A DNA stretch of 64,000 bases from Camelus ferus (GCF_009834535.1 NC_045696.1:47804001-47868000), one strand, 5' to 3'. Positions 38,271 through 52,839 are shown, counted from the first letter of the stretch. A program made the numbers and translations. The notes: a model not told the origin generated them from the letters alone.

Positions 38271-38576
38271 GCAGCAAAACTAGCATATTAATTAGCAATA
38301 TAGAGGCTAAAATTGAGAGTCAATTTAAAGTATTAAAAGTGTATTCCTTTGGGGAAAGGAAAATAAAGTAGAAAAACTAGAGACTTCTGTTGACCTTAGC
38401 AAGTCTTTTTGAATAAGCTGATTCTTTATATATATGCATTTAAACTATATGAATGTCTTTAATCTACACAGATGCAGGATTAAAATTAAAAATGTAAAAG
38501 AAGAAAAGATGAGGTAACAAATTTTTTAAGAGAAGGGAACAATTACCTAAATTTCTTTCAGTCCTGTCCTTGTCCT

Positions 38577-39127
38577 TGAAGGAGTTCAGGACATGCCACT
38601 CCAAAATACACCACTTTAATATATTGATTATTTTGAGCTGAAAGCATGTGATAAATAGTAGATGCAGGAAGAGCTCTCTGACCTATCCTTTTCTACCTAA
38701 AAACATGCCATAAAATTTCCCACGAGGGTATAGGTGCCCTCCCAGAACCAGGAAGAGAAGAGCATTCTTATCTCCAGAAACTGGGAATCAACGCTGAAAT
38801 GCATCTGTACAAACTGCTAGCTTTGCACAACCCACCCCAGCCCCAATGTGTCTCCAACTTACTTCCTCACAGTTTGCTGCCCCTATCCCGAACTCTTTTC
38901 TCTTGTCATTTCCTCACAAATTTATCATTTCCTTGTCGAAAAGATATAAAAGCTTTCTTCTCTGGTCACTTCAGGTCTTCATTCTCTGATGAAGACCCCC
39001 ACATACATGTAAAAGTTTAATAAAACTTGTATGTTTTTTTCTCATTAATCTTTCCCCTTACATCAGTTAAAATGTTAGGCGAGGCCAGAAATCCTAAGAG
39101 GGTGGAAAAGAATTTTTCCTCCTATAA
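38577..39127 (+). mobile_element. ERV1 solo LTR, MER34/MER39-like
   Basis: tgaaggagttcaggacatgccactccaaaata..attgattattttgagctgaa; AATAAA ~39019; flanking gtcct direct repeat. Confidence 0.75.
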
Positions 39128-39140
39128 GTCCTCATGGATT

Positions 39141-39532
39141 TGTGTGCTGGTTCAGCTCTTTAGGAAGCAGGAGCTGAGAGTGAGTTAGGAATGCAAATGG
39201 TAATTGGGAGGAAAACCCGTGAAAGAAGAGTGGAGGACACAGGATTACTCAGCGGGAGCTGGTAGACTGCCATGCAGACCTGACAATGCCATGCAGAACA
39301 GTCCAGTGGGGAGTTCCGGAGCAAAGATTAGAGGAGTCTGATATTGGGGGGAAGTGGCCTGGCCCTTGTTCTACCACCTCGCTTAGTCATTAACAGGGGG
39401 CTTGGAAAAAGAGAATGACCTCAGCTTGAATACTTTAGTTGGAGGCTATCAGCTAACTTCTCTCCCTACAGGAGGGCAGTGAGTTTTTTTTTGGAAGGAA
39501 GATTTGAGCTGTGCCTTTTAGTGTTGGCCATA
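39141..39532 (-). mobile_element. Old ERVL LTR (LTR16/33-like)
   Basis: ggaagcaggagctgagagtgagttaggaatgcaa..ggaggctatcagctaac pattern. Confidence 0.5.
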
Positions 39533-42500
39533 ATATAAAAAACAAGAACTCATTTGCAGACATAGTGTATATATGCTGCTTGCTGTTTTTCTGCTTATCT
39601 ATGTTCTATTTTTATTTTTACATTATTTTAATATTAATGAAGTTATTACATTAAAAGTATTTTATTAATTTGATACAATGTGTATCTTAATTTCAAACCA
39701 GAAAAAATGGATTCAGTGAAAACTAAATCTGTCAGCCAGACTCTAGTTGCTCCAGACTCCCTTAAGGAACCACAGTGACCAATTCTTTGAATAGCCTTTC
39801 AGAGATAAACTACAGATTATAGATTAAATGAGTTAATATATATGAAGAGCTTAGAACATTGCCTAACTCAAACCAAATGCCATGCAAATACTTGCTATTA
39901 GGAACAACAGTATGGAGGTGGAGGCGGTAGTGCTGGCAGTAGTGTGGTGGTAGGGGGTATATCTATTTACCTCAATCTTTTTAGTGGCTGCATGGTATTA
40001 TGATATAAAAGTGCAATGCAATTTTTTATGCATCCATCTTACACAAGGAACAATTAATAACAAAATAATAATAATAATTAAAAGTTACTATAGTTACCAC
40101 AATCTCCTAAACTAATAGAATAAATATAGAAATTAGATGCATCAAAAAACAAATTACCTACAAAACTCTGTATGCCCTAAGATCTGAATGAGAGCATTAC
40201 AGTCAGAACTAGGAAGACTTGTCCTAATTTGTCACTGAGTGCAGAAGAGAAGGGGGAGTCATATAATTCTTCAACCTCACCTATAGTTAAGTGTATGTGC
40301 TAGAAACTTAACACCTAGTATGGTCAAATAGCATATACAAATGTGTTTTTTGTGAAATTTCATGGACACGGCCATGAACAAAAGGTATTTTTTAATTAAG
40401 TCAGTTCCATTAGAGGGGTAACCACTTCAGGTTTCTGCTCAAAAGATGAGGTGATGCTGGCAGCCTCAATGTTACCTTCATATAATACACACTAATTGCA
40501 GAGGTATCTTAACTTCAGTAACTTATCTCATAAAAAAATATGCTTTTTTCCAGAATAGTTTTAGAGAAATAACTCTAGGTCCACAGTGCCTTTGGGTCTG
40601 AATTGTGGCTCTACCATCTATAGTTGAGTGACCTAGGGTAAATTACTTAACTTCTCTGAACTTCAATTTCTTATCAGTAAAATGGGGTCGATGTGAAGGA
40701 CAATATGAGTATTTGCTGCTATTAGCAATCATATTATCTTATTTTCTGATTTAATCTAATTATAGTCACTGAACATTTTTTATGCTCAGTTTTGATTAAA
40801 ATAATTTTGTTTAAAAGGGAATAATACCCCGATGTTGGATCTTAAGTAATTAATGAAGCCATGAAACTGTACCTAAAACCCAAAGTCATCATTCCATCAA
40901 CAAGGAAGTTTTAGCTTTGGCACATTTGCCAACAGAGCTGAAGGATATGGCCCTATCCTTGCAGTAGACCTGAAATGAGACACACTCAAAACCAGTACAC
41001 AGCATCTCCCAGAGGAAATCAGATCCTGGTACTTTTTAAATGATTAATAATGTTAGTGAATATTTAGCACTCTTAGAAGGATAGCTTAATTGACTACATA
41101 GTCCTAAGGGACTAAAAATTCAATATAAGAATGGAATCCTGGCTTTACTTGAGTCAACTTTTGAAATCAAGAAAATTAAACAAGGATAGGAATCCATGTG
41201 TTTCAAAAACGTTATTTGAATAGCATTCTATTTAAAAGTCGTCAAGAGCCATCGGGGCATGGTGGGATTAGGAGGGGAAAAAAAAAACCACTACAAATTT
41301 ACACTGGGGCTTCATCATTGCTTTAAACATCCTGTATTTGCTTGTAGTTTTGAAACTTTGCTACAGAGAAATTAGGCTATCCCTAAATTTCAGGTAGCAT
41401 TTGTCATCTAGCAGCCACTTGCCCAATAGAAGGCACTCCAGAAACAGAATGATTTACAGTGGAATAATCACTTGGAGAAAATAGTACTTTAGGCAGAAAG
41501 AGCTGAGGGAACCTCAGACCCATGTGGCTTTTGTATAAAAAGTCCTAATTCCTTAGATGTACTATCAAAATTATCAGTGAAGGAGTAATTGGACCCACAG
41601 ACTCCTTTTGCAGAATTCTCTAAGAAACATAAATTAAAGATGTTAGCATCTTGGTTGGACACAAAGAAATATAACAATCACCACCTTGAGGAAACACTCT
41701 TACCAAAAAGACAAGTGATATTCCTAGTGCAAATTTAAATTACAACAAAAGGCAGTATGTATAATAAGAATTCATAAAACAAGAAAAGTAGCTCTCAACT
41801 CTTATGTGGGAGGGCATTGCTGTTTGGTCTTTTTATTAGGGAGGGGGGCATGGAAAGGTGAGTGGAGATGACAGAGAAGGTGGGGGGACAGCTGGAACTA
41901 AAGCCTAGAAGTGGATGAGGAAAAGAATACCTCCAGTGCCAGGCAGCAAGAGCAGAAGTTTTGCACTGGGAAATTTGAAAAAATATAAAATAGCAGATTA
42001 TGAACAGACATGAACTTCCTATTAAAACAATGGCAGAGCGAGATAAAGAGGTTTCAAGCAGGAGAGTTAAATTTTAAAAAAAAAGCTCTACATTATTAAT
42101 TTGACAGTCAAAACATTTTGGAGAAAGTTGCTACTGGAGGTAACAAAGTGCTATCTCAGTTCCTCCTATAAACCCCTCATAATTTTCCAAGGTTCTTGCC
42201 TGAAACTGGTGTAGGCATTCCTTCCTTTTCCATACTTTCTCCTGTCTACTAAGAACACCAATAATAGTACCATTTACAATTAAGGATCTATTTTCTGCAA
42301 GGAGTTTTACAGACATTGTCTCACAAAGCAAAACCCAGTCTGGTAAAAAAAAAAAAAAATCACTGTCCTTTTGCTGATGAAGAAGGGTAAGGAGCATGCT
42401 ACTTTCTCACAGCTGTTAAATGGTGAAACCAGAATTTGACCACTGCTCTGTTCAACTTAAGCATCGATATTCTTTTCACTATGCCTTTAAAATTCAGGAA

Positions 42501-43720
42501 AGCTGAAGAAAACTAGGGATAACTGTCTTTCTGAAATTTAGCAACCTGTGGAAATTTTGTGAATGACTACATTCTGTGGTTAAACATCTTCAAGATACCT
42601 CCTTCTTTTACTGTTAGTCATATCTGGTGGGGAAAAAGTGAAGGTTGAGAAATCTAGTATCACTTGTTTTTTGTTTTGTTTTTTTTTTTTACATATAAGC
42701 TATTTCTTCACACATTAAAGACACAGTTATTGAATATCTCCTATCTACTAGGCATGGGAGATCATAATCCAATAGCGAAGATGGAAAAGGTTCTTGAGCT
42801 ATCGCAATAACACACATTTATTTATATGCAACAAATAGGCAACAGTATGTTTTGTTACCTCTTATACAACTGTCTAACTTGAAGGGCAAGTTCAATTTTT
42901 AAAACAAGAATAAACCTTAACCCTATGTAACATTTACTGCTTATATTTAGAATTTCAGAAAGTACCCTTTGCTAATTGGAAAGTGTGGGTTTTTTAGAAA
43001 GTCCCCTGTTTTTTAAATCTAAAATCACTTTAAAGTAATGTTAGATAATTTATAATTTCGGTCATATATCCACTATTTGCCTTCATACAGTAAATGATAA
43101 ATAGCAGAAGGTCAGGTGTATTTGCATTGAGTTCTTAATCTCCTGATGCCACACTCATTTTCAATTACTTGTTAATTCACTTGTAACACTTTTCAAAAGA
43201 CAGACCACATGGTGCTTTGCCTTCTTTCTCCTGGCTTACTGAGAGCCTAACTGGGAACTAGACTGAGAAGGTTCTAAATCATATTGAAAGGAAATGCACA
43301 TAAATATTCTCATCAATATGCACAAAACATCTTTAGATGGCCATTTAAGAGACTCCAACATTCTCTCTGGAAAGAGAACCCAGTGGATGGAGGACAGAGA
43401 CTTTTCACCCTCCGGAATCTTGATTTTGAACTATGTGAATGAATTCTTTATTCACAAAATAAAAATGAAGATTAATAAATTACATGTGTTGTACATATTC
43501 TCACTTCCAGACTGAACTGCTAAAATAGTCTGTGACTTTGGACCACAGTAGCCCTAAACTTTCTTTGCCTAGATTCAGTCTCATTTTAATTATACAAAAG
43601 AATTGTAGTTCACAAAAATGCAATTTCTCAAAAAAATTTCTTTTCTCAAACTTTAACCAATGGAAGCAAAGAAGTGAGTATTTTCAACTTGGTACTAAGT
43701 ATTAATGCACATGAGTTCTT

Positions 43721-44187
43721 TGTGGTAGACGATAATGATAATGACCCTAATTAGTACACATCTCTCTACGTTCCTCCCTTGGAAAGTCCCTTCCCTCTCT
43801 GATGCTGTGCTTGGTTGTGTAACTAGCTTTGGTCTGTTGGAAAATGGGAAATGTGACTTAGACAAAGGGTTAACAAGAGCTTGTGCAGTGAGATTTGCAT
43901 TCTCTTGCTGCAGTGAACCCTTTGGCCACCATGGGAAGGAGCTTGGGCCAGCATGCTAGATGATGAAACTTACGTGGTCAGTGACCAGCTGACATGGAGC
44001 CAACTTCCATATTTATGACTGGAAGTCCCACTAGACCAAGTAGTCTATAATCTCCACAGTGTGAATGAGGCATCCTGCCTACCCAGCTAAGCCTAAATAC
44101 CCCAGATCAAAAGGACCACCCAGGGATTGTTTTCAATTACTACATTTTGGGGGTTGGTTTCTCAAGTGGCAAAAGCTAATTGATAAA
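43721..44187 (+). mobile_element. MaLR MLT1 LTR
   Basis: tgtggtagac start; gtgtaactagctttggtc; ends gcaaaagctaattgata. Confidence 0.75.
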
Positions 44188-44249
44188 GTCTACAATATAC
44201 ACTGATTCAATTAGAAAATACAGTTAAGTAAATCTTGAAGCTATTTTTT

Positions 44250-44880
44250 TAGATGCATAAAAAACATTTAATAAAATCCCAAACCTACTCATAATAAAAG
44301 CCTCCAGTAAATAGGAATAGAGGGGAACTTCCTCAACTTGATAAAGAATATCTATTTAAAAACCACATAGATGATCATGTAATTTGCTCTCTATTCTGTA
44401 TCACTGGTCTCTGTGTCTGTTTTTATTCCAGTACCATAATATTTTGATTACTATAGCTCTGTAATATAGTGTGAAATCAGGAAGTCTGAAGCCTCCAAAT
44501 TTGTTCTTCTTTCCTAGGATTGCTTTGGTTATTTGGGGTCTTTCGTGGTTCCATTCACATTTCAGGACAGTTTTTCCTATATACATGAAAAATTATTAGA
44601 ATTTTGATAGGGACTGCATTGAATCTCTAGATTCTTTTGGGAAGAATGGACAATTTTACAATATTGATTCTTCCAATCCAAGAACATGGAATATCTTTCC
44701 ATTTATTTGTGTCTCCTTTTTTTCCTTTTCATCACTTGTGTCTTCTTCAGTCTCCTTCATCATTGTCTTATACGTACCAGTGTGCAGGTCTTTCACCTCC
44801 TTGATTAAATTTATTTCTAAATATTTTATTGTTTTTTTGGATGCTATTGTAAGTGGGATTGCTTTCTTTTTTCTGTTACA
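44250..44880. mobile_element. Two L1 ORF2 fragments: + strand ~44250-44368 and - strand ~44390-44880
   Basis: + strand GIEGNFLNLIKNIY; - strand ORF 44401-44586 ([35 protein letters not shown]). Confidence 0.85.
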
Positions 44881-44951
44881 ATCTTTTTTTTATTTCTGAA
44901 AAGTTCATTTTAATGGCCCTTCTTTTATTCATGACTTTCATAGCTTGAGTC

Positions 44952-45072
44952 TTTTTTTTGCTGGGGGAGACAGTTAAGTTTATCTATTTATGTTGAGAGG
45001 AGGTACTGGGAATTGAACCCAGGACCTTGTGCATGCTAAGCATGCGCTCTACCACTTGAGCTATACTCTCCC
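44952..45072 (-). mobile_element. tRNA-derived SINE (vic-1-like), long form
   Basis: Reverse A and B boxes; TSD tcatagcttgagtctttt at 44938-44955 and 45073-45090. Confidence 0.92.
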
Positions 45073-46039
45073 TCATAGCTTGAGTCTTTTATTTAAGTTT
45101 CTCTTTTACTTAATATGTGTCAGATAGCTCCATGCCAGCATAATTATCTCATTCTTTTTAATAGCTCCATTATATTCCATGGTAACATGATTTAACATTT
45201 ATTATTTGATGTATAATACTGTATTATATTAAACAACAACAATCCAAATTAAATTCTTTCCAGGATAATAATGGGGCACCAACAAGGATTAGCTCACTGC
45301 CAGCTCTCCAGTAGGATCAACTCTCTAAATTTCTGGATCACATTTCGAAGCAACATATTCCCCACATCTCTCAGCAAAGCCTCTACCTCTTAAGTTTATT
45401 TATTAAGATTTATTTCCTTTTAGATCTCTACATTATACTTTTTATTATGCATTTTACCCCAGAGTTGCTCTCCATCTTTCCTGAAATAGGCATACATTCA
45501 CGATTCAACTTCAAGACTCAGGATTCCGTCAAATAGCCAAATTCTAGCTATTGTGCCTTATGATAGTTATAGAACTTAAGACAGGTATTTTCCCATAAGA
45601 AATTTACCCACGCCAATGTTATCAGTTTGTTTCCTCATTTGTTAAGCAAGAAAGACAAGATCTGATGATTCATCTGCATGTCACCATTTCTTCAGCTGAG
45701 GATGTGCCGTTTTTCAGCTTTGGAGCAGAATTTTTAAGTTGATCACCTCTGCGTTGAAAGGATCAGAAAATTTTATTTTCTAATCCCACTCTTGCTTTAT
45801 ATTACAAAGATATATCAAATTTATTTGTATGAAATTTAAATATTATGTCTTAAAATTAGGTGTTTTAATTCTTAATTTTATATTTCATTAAAATAAAGCC
45901 AAATACTTATAAATGCATTTTATTTTATTTAGGTTAGAATTTTTCAAACTAGTAAGTAGCAGAGATTTCTCTTCAAACAGAATCGTACATGAAGTCCATT
46001 TAAATAAAATGTAGCTGCTTGTTTTTAAAAGGCCCATTT

Positions 46040-46963
46040 GGGGCAGAAGACCTGAATAGACATTCTTCCAAAGAAGAAATACAGATGACCAACAAGCAAA
46101 TGAAAAAATGCTCAATATCACTAATCATCAAAGAAATGCAAATCAAAACCACAATGACATATCACTTCATACCTGTCAAAATGGCCATTATCAAAAAGTC
46201 TACAAATAACAAATGTTGTCAAGGGTGTAGAGAAAAGGGAACCCTTGAACACTGTGATGGGAATGTAAATTGGGACACTGTAAAACAGTATAGAGGTTCT
46301 TCAAAAACTAAAAATAGAACTACCATATGATCCAGCAATTCCACTGCTGGGTATATATCCAAAGAAAATGAAAACACTATTATGAAAAGGTACATGCACC
46401 CCAATGTTCATGATAGCGCTATTCAAAAACAGCCAAGACATCGAAGCAACCTAAGTGTCCATCAATAAATGAATAGATAAATAAGATATGATATATATAT
46501 GTAATAGAATATTATTCAGCCATAAAAAATAATGAAATTCTGCCATTTGCAACAATGTGGATGGACCTAGAGAATATTATGCTTCGTGAAGTAAGTCAGA
46601 GAAAAGACAAATATTCTGTTATCAGTTATATGTAGACTCTAAAAAATAAAACAAATGAATGTATATAACAAAATAGAAGCAAACTCACAGACAATAAGAA
46701 CAAACTGGTAGTTATCAGTGGGGAGGGGGAGGGGATGGAGCAAGATAGAGGTATGGGATTAAATATGTATAAAATAATTGAGTAACAAAGATGTACTGTA
46801 CAGTACAAGGAAATATAGCCATCATTTTGTAATAATTTCAAATGGAGTATAATCTATAAAAATATTGAATCGCTATGGTGTATACCTGAAACTAATATTG
46901 TAAGTCAACCACATCTCAATTAAAAAACAAGTAAGAATAATAAAAAATAATAAATGATTTTTT
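46040..46963 (+). mobile_element. 5'-truncated L1 (ORF2 3' end and 3' UTR)
   Basis: ORF 46019-46330 ([37 protein letters not shown]); imperfect TSD aaaa..cccattt. Confidence 0.92.
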
Positions 46964-47878
46964 AAAAACCCATTTCTTGGCCACTGAGAAATAGCTTAAA
47001 TATTGCAGCTTCAGATGGTGCCAGAGAATATGTAAATACGGATTTTTTAGATTTTTTTTTCCCTCTTTTAACAAATTACTTCTTGAAATTCAGCTTTGTA
47101 GTCATAAGGCCATGTTATCACTTTAGAAGGGACATCTAAGGACATCTATCTTCTAGGGAGAAAAGAAATGAAGCAGCACAGAAGGAAGCTTCTATTTGCT
47201 CCCTTGTGACTCTCCCTCGAGAGTGCAAGAAAATTCCGTTTTGAAGGACTGCTGACTTATTTTTACTTCAGGCATGTAAACCCAAGAGTCACATCTTTTT
47301 TAACTGGCATGGAAAGGAAGCAAGCATTTTGCACCATTTTCTTTGAAAAAAATTCCTCTATAAACCAGCTGACAAAGGTGCAATCACTTTGAGTGGATCC
47401 TGAAGTCCAGTGGATCCTAAACAGATCACTTCTTTTTTCCTCTGGTCTCTTCACAATGGAGACACAATGGAGGAAAGCATTGTGAAGACAAAGATGCAGC
47501 CTTTTTAGGAACCAAATTGTGGTCAACAGAGCTGGAGTTTATTTAGTCAAGGGTCCCATGCCAGGAAATGCTCTTGGCTGTTCATAACAATTCCCTCTCT
47601 TGTTCATCTGTGCTGATAGTCTATGGGGCAAATAATGTGACTTTGCTAAAGAAGAGTAGTTAGAGACACCATTTTATATAGGCCTCTTTCTTGAAAGTGG
47701 CCAGCTGAATAAAGAAAACAATTCTAAGAGCATTGAGCAGTTGCAGCAACACCTGCGAGTGGTTGGTGGTGAAGGAGATGAATGTAATAAAAAAAAAAGA
47801 ATTTTTCTCTTATTCTTCACTGGGCCCCTCATGTCATAACATGCTAGAGATGATGCCCTTTCCTACATCTTCATCAAC

Positions 47879-48243
47879 TGTTATGGACTGAATATTTCTG
47901 TACCCCCTGCCATATTCATATGTTGAAATAATACCCCTGCTATAATGGTATTTGGGGGTGGAGACTTTGGGAAATAATTATGTCATGAGGGTGGAGCCCT
48001 TATGAATGATTAATGCCTTTCTAGGAGACCAGAGAGCTTGCTAGCTTTCTTTCCATCACATGAGAATACAGGTAGAAGTCAGTTGTCTACAAACTGGAAG
48101 AGTCCTCACCAGAACCTGATCATGCTGGCACCCTGATCTCAGACTTCTAGCATCCAAAACTGTGAGAAATAAAAATTTCTGTTTGCTTCTTAAGCCACCT
48201 AGTCTCTGGTACTTTGTTACAGCAGACCAAACTGACTAAGACA
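47879..48243 (+). mobile_element. MaLR MLT1A-like LTR
   Basis: tgttatggactgaat..catgctggcaccctgatctcagactt..gactaagaca. Confidence 0.85.
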
Positions 48244-49379
48244 AACCTATTCCCAACTGTTCAGAATGACAAGTTCTCATCTTGTCTCTAGCTCACTATT
48301 TTCACTCTCCCTTGCTCACCTGCTTCTAAAATACAGGGATCTTTAGGACTTTTTCCTCAAGACAAAATCTTCTCTCTCTGCATTCTAAGCAACCGCATTC
48401 TTTACACCATTGTTAGCTACCAGTACTTGCTTGTGTCTCCTGGAAGGCTCTCTAGCAGAAACTTTTCTCCTGAGTTCCAGACCAAATTACCTCAAAAAGA
48501 TCTGAATTTGAATTCAGTGCTTTTCTCACCAAATCTAATTTTCTGTCTCCATTTCCCACCTCAGGTTGTAACACCAACCACCTGTATCACTTAAGTCAGA
48601 AAGCCAAGAATGAGACCATCTCTTTTCTCAACTACACACTCAGTATTTCAAAAGTCCAGTGATTCTTTCTACCTTCCAAAGTTCTCTTGAGTTTGTCACG
48701 TATTTGTCCGCTCTACCATTTCTTTAGATTTTGCCCTAAATTATTTCTCACATTTCTGACTAATCCCTCAATAATCAACTTCTCCTAATTTATTTTCTTT
48801 TATCCTCTTCTAGTCTTTCTCCAGGATGCAAGTCAGATCAGTTCACTTCCCTGCAATCACCTAACCTTTCAGCACCTGTAACTGACTGGCATAACCAGGG
48901 ATGCATGGAAGTTATTTAGAAGCTGAAATTTTATACAAGACTGTGTATTTGGATGTTTGTGGCAAGAAGGTTTATATATTTCATCAGATTATCAGGAGCT
49001 GAGGTCCTAGAAATAATTTAAAAACTGGCTCATGGGACAAAACTTATGATCTTCTTAGCTCCTCCACTACCACTATGTACCAGGTTTTAGTCTTATTAGA
49101 GTTGCTAAAACAAAATCACATTCCTCTCACATTCATGCCTTGTGTGCACTATTCCCTGTATCAAAATATCCTCCACTTCTCTTTCCATTCAAAACACTAC
49201 TTGACTTGAAACTTCCCTCTGAGAGATTTCCTTTCTTACTCTGGTGCCTAAAGTACAGTCAGGTATGTCTATGAATTCTCATAGCACCTGTGGCTCTCAT
49301 TATGTATATTATATATGAATATATATGTATTCTGTCCTCTAAGATTGTCAATTGCTTAAAAACGAGGATTTTATCCTAG

Positions 49380-49827
49380 TGTGAAAGATAGAATAATACT
49401 CCCCAAAATGCCCTATTCCCTGGAACCTGTGAACATGTTACCTTAAATGGCAAAAAAGACTTTGCAAAAGTGATTAAGTTGAAGATCCCGAGATGTGAGA
49501 GTTATCCTGGATTATCCTAGTGGGCCCAATGAAATCACATAGTCCTTATATGAGAAAAAGAGGTGGCTCAGACTCAGAAAAGGAGATGTGACAATGGAAG
49601 CAGAGGTTGGAATAATGAAAGAAAGGGGTGACATGCCAAGGAATGCAGTGTCTAGAAGCTTAAGAAGGCCAGGGAGCAGATACTCCCTTAGAGCCTCAAG
49701 AAGGAAGAAATGCAGCCCTGTTGACACCTTGATTTTAGGACTTTTGAACTCTAGAACTGTAAGGTAATTTATTTTAAGCTGCCAAATTTATAGTAATTAA
49801 TTAGAGTAGCACAAAGAAACTAGTGCA
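49380..49827 (+). mobile_element. MaLR MLT1D-like LTR
   Basis: ccctggaacctgtgaacatgttacctta..gactttgca..gcagccctgttgacaccttgatttt. Confidence 0.85.
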
Positions 49828-49997
49828 CTTGATAATGTATAGCACAGGGAATATAGTCAATAATATTGTAATAATTTTGTATGGTGACAAATGGTAACTA
49901 GTCTTGTGATCATTTTGTAATGTATAAAAATACTGAATCACTATGTTGTACACCCAAAATTAACATATTATAAGTTAACTATACTTCAATAAAATAA
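49828..49997 (+). mobile_element. Short L1 3' end
   Basis: gaatcactatgttgtacacc..ctatacttcaataaa; TSD aaagaaact(a/g)gtgca. Confidence 0.85.
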
Positions 49998-51544
49998 AAA
50001 GAAACTGGTGCAACTAATCTTTGTATTCTACATTCTAGTAGAGTACTGAGTTTAGAATAAGTAAGGAAACTTTTCCTGAAAGAATTTCTCTCCAGAGCGG
50101 AGTGTGGCTGAAGTCCTGAACATGTTGGTTACTCACTTTATGCCTAAACTAAGTAGCCACTAAACTGATTTAACAATTTAATTAAATAATCTTTCTTGAC
50201 TACTTATGCCTAATTAAAAACAATCTATCTTAGCCCTATTGACCCTCTTGTAGGAGGTAGGAGTAACAAGAAGAATGGATTCGTTAAGAAAAGTGGTAGA
50301 CTGTGGCCATTTCTCTGAGAAAATTATGAGTGATTTAAGATTTGAACTATAAGCAACTTTTAACTAGGTGGAAATTCAGGAAGAGTATTCAGCCGCTGGA
50401 GGTGATAAAAAGGTTGGTAAGTATAAAGGAATGAAAAGAAAGTAAGATTAGCTGAATGCTAGAGAACAAGGGAGAAAGAATGTGAGATACAGAAGATAAA
50501 TAAAGAGGAAGACCCTTGCCTCCCTTGTAAAGGAGTTCCATTGGCTAAGAACTATGGAAAAACATTGAAGGTGGATTTTAGCAAGGGGTGGGGTGGGGAT
50601 AAGGACTAATAAGACTTTAGGAATCTGGATATTGGATTAGGGTAGATGTGCATTGAAGGGAGGGCATCTGAGGATTTGCTTCTTTGTTTTCCAGACAAAT
50701 TTCTGTAATTGAATAAGATGATCTCAGCTAAAAATAATAATAATAATAATAATTCTCCCTCACCATACCCATGAATTCCTATCAATGAGTATCTAAAGCC
50801 ATTTTATTAGCATTCCCTGAAGAGAAACAATATTTACATCGACAACTATATCCAGTCAATTCTAAGGGCAAGGAGAAACGGTGGCTATAGTAGTGTGCCT
50901 AAGAAGTGACAAAACTAATGTTGGGATTGGAAAACAAATCATTACACAGTATAATAAACTTGATTTTTACACACATCATCTTTCTTTAAAATTTATATCA
51001 TTGATTTTCTGACTTATTTTATTATCTTACCCCATATATCCTAATCAATATATTTATCAATTGGTATATTATGTTTATAATTTTCACTAAATAAGTTGTT
51101 ACAAATTTTCCATGAAAAGACATTTTTATTACAAATATATTAACCACTGTTTATTTTCAAATGGATTTATTCAAAAACATGATAAAATAACTAGTTGTAA
51201 AATATAATAAAAATAATTATATATGTGTGCATACTTTCATAAATACATATACATATCTATAAAATACAGAAAAATAAACTTCATTTAAAATGTGAACAAG
51301 TTTATGAATAAATTAATAGAATACTCCTGAGAATCATAAATGAAGATTTGAAAAAATGGAAAGGTATAACATATTCTTGGGAGAGTCTAAGACCTAAAAA
51401 TATCAAGTATCTTTCAATTTATCTATAAATTTGATGCAGTTCCAATAAGAACTCTAAGAGACCTTTTTCTTCTGGGAGCTAAGTAATTTTAAAGTTTATA
51501 TATAAAAATAAAATAAGTGATAGCTTGGACAAAAATTTTTTTAA

Positions 51545-52079
51545 TTAAGGATAGCAGAATATGCTACCACAAAATATGCTGTTTTAGTATATTGATTATT
51601 TTAAGCTTTTTCATTATTGTTGAAAAACAATAAATGAAGGCAGAGGCTTTGTACTCCTAATATCTGCTTAAAGACAAAAGGAGCTCATTTGTCATAAATG
51701 CCTTCGCCAGGAATTTCATCAAACAGGGAAGACTGACTCATCACAGGAGAGGAGATTAGAAGTCACAGCACACCCAAACTCTATTATAAACTATCATACC
51801 TCCCATCTATTCTTCCAAGGGCCTATTCATCTTTCCTAAAAATCATTTACTCTCCCCTCAGAGGCTTAAATCTCCTCTCCCCTTTCCCTAATAAGATGAT
51901 ATTTAAGCCTAAATTCTAAACCACTTCTTTGAGTTACTCATTTTTCCTTGGGTATCTCCCATGTATACATCAGGTGTATTAATTAATAAATGTGTTTGTT
52001 TTTATCTTTTCAATCTATTTTTTTATTATAGGAGTCTAGTCAAAAACTCAGTACATGGAAATTTTTTTCCTCTCCTACA
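51545..52079 (+). mobile_element. ERV1 solo LTR, MER34-like, inside an old L1 fragment
   Basis: cagaatatgctaccacaaaatatgc..attgattatttt; AATAAA ~51985; ends ctcctaca. Confidence 0.7.
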
Positions 52080-52122
52080 ATACTAAAACAAATTACAAAT
52101 CTACACTTTAAAATGCTAACCT

Positions 52123-52260
52123 AGGGGAAGGTATAGGTCAGTGGTAGAGTGTATGCTTGGCATGCACGAGATCCTGGATTCAATCCCCAGTACTTCTGTT
52201 AATAAACAAACAACAAACAAACAAACAAACAAACAAACCTAATTACCCCCAAAAAAAATT
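52123..52260 (+). mobile_element. tRNA-derived SINE (vic-1-like), long form
   Basis: A and B boxes, (AAAC)n, aacctaattacccc, A tail; TSD aaatgctaaccta. Confidence 0.9.
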
Positions 52261-52839
52261 TTTTTAAATGCTAACCTAAGAATATCCACACAAATCAACA
52301 GAACAAAATAGAAGGACCAGATATAGACCCAAACACAGAAATGCATTTAGGATATGATAACAGTAGTATTTCAATTCAGAGCAGATTATTTTAAATTGTA
52401 TTGGTACAACTAGGAAGTCATGTTAGAATTTAAAAAACAATTGAGTCCACAGCTCACACCTTATACTAGACACAGTTCCACGTTGATAAAAGACTTAAAT
52501 ATTTAAAATGAAACTCTGAAAGTAACTAAAATAAGCCACAAATATTTGTATATTTGTGCGTATATATAAAATCTAAGAATGAGGAAAAATTTTCTAAGTA
52601 TGACACAAAATCCAGAAATTACTAAGAAAATAAAGATTGATAAATTGAACTACATAAAAACAAAAAGGTTTAGGCATGGCAAACAAAACAAAAAGCCCAA
52701 ATAACCCAATGGGAAAAATGGACAACAAATCTGAATAAATTGTTTAAGAAAGGAAATAAAAAATGACTTTTTAAATTTATGAAAAAATGTTCACTCTTAG
52801 CATTAATCAACAAATTAAAACTATACAGACAATCTCTCA

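Noticed and set aside
44250..44880. Possible twin-priming L1 inversion
   Set aside because: The fragments converge rather than diverge, and no shared TSD or poly(A) was found; more likely independent fragments.
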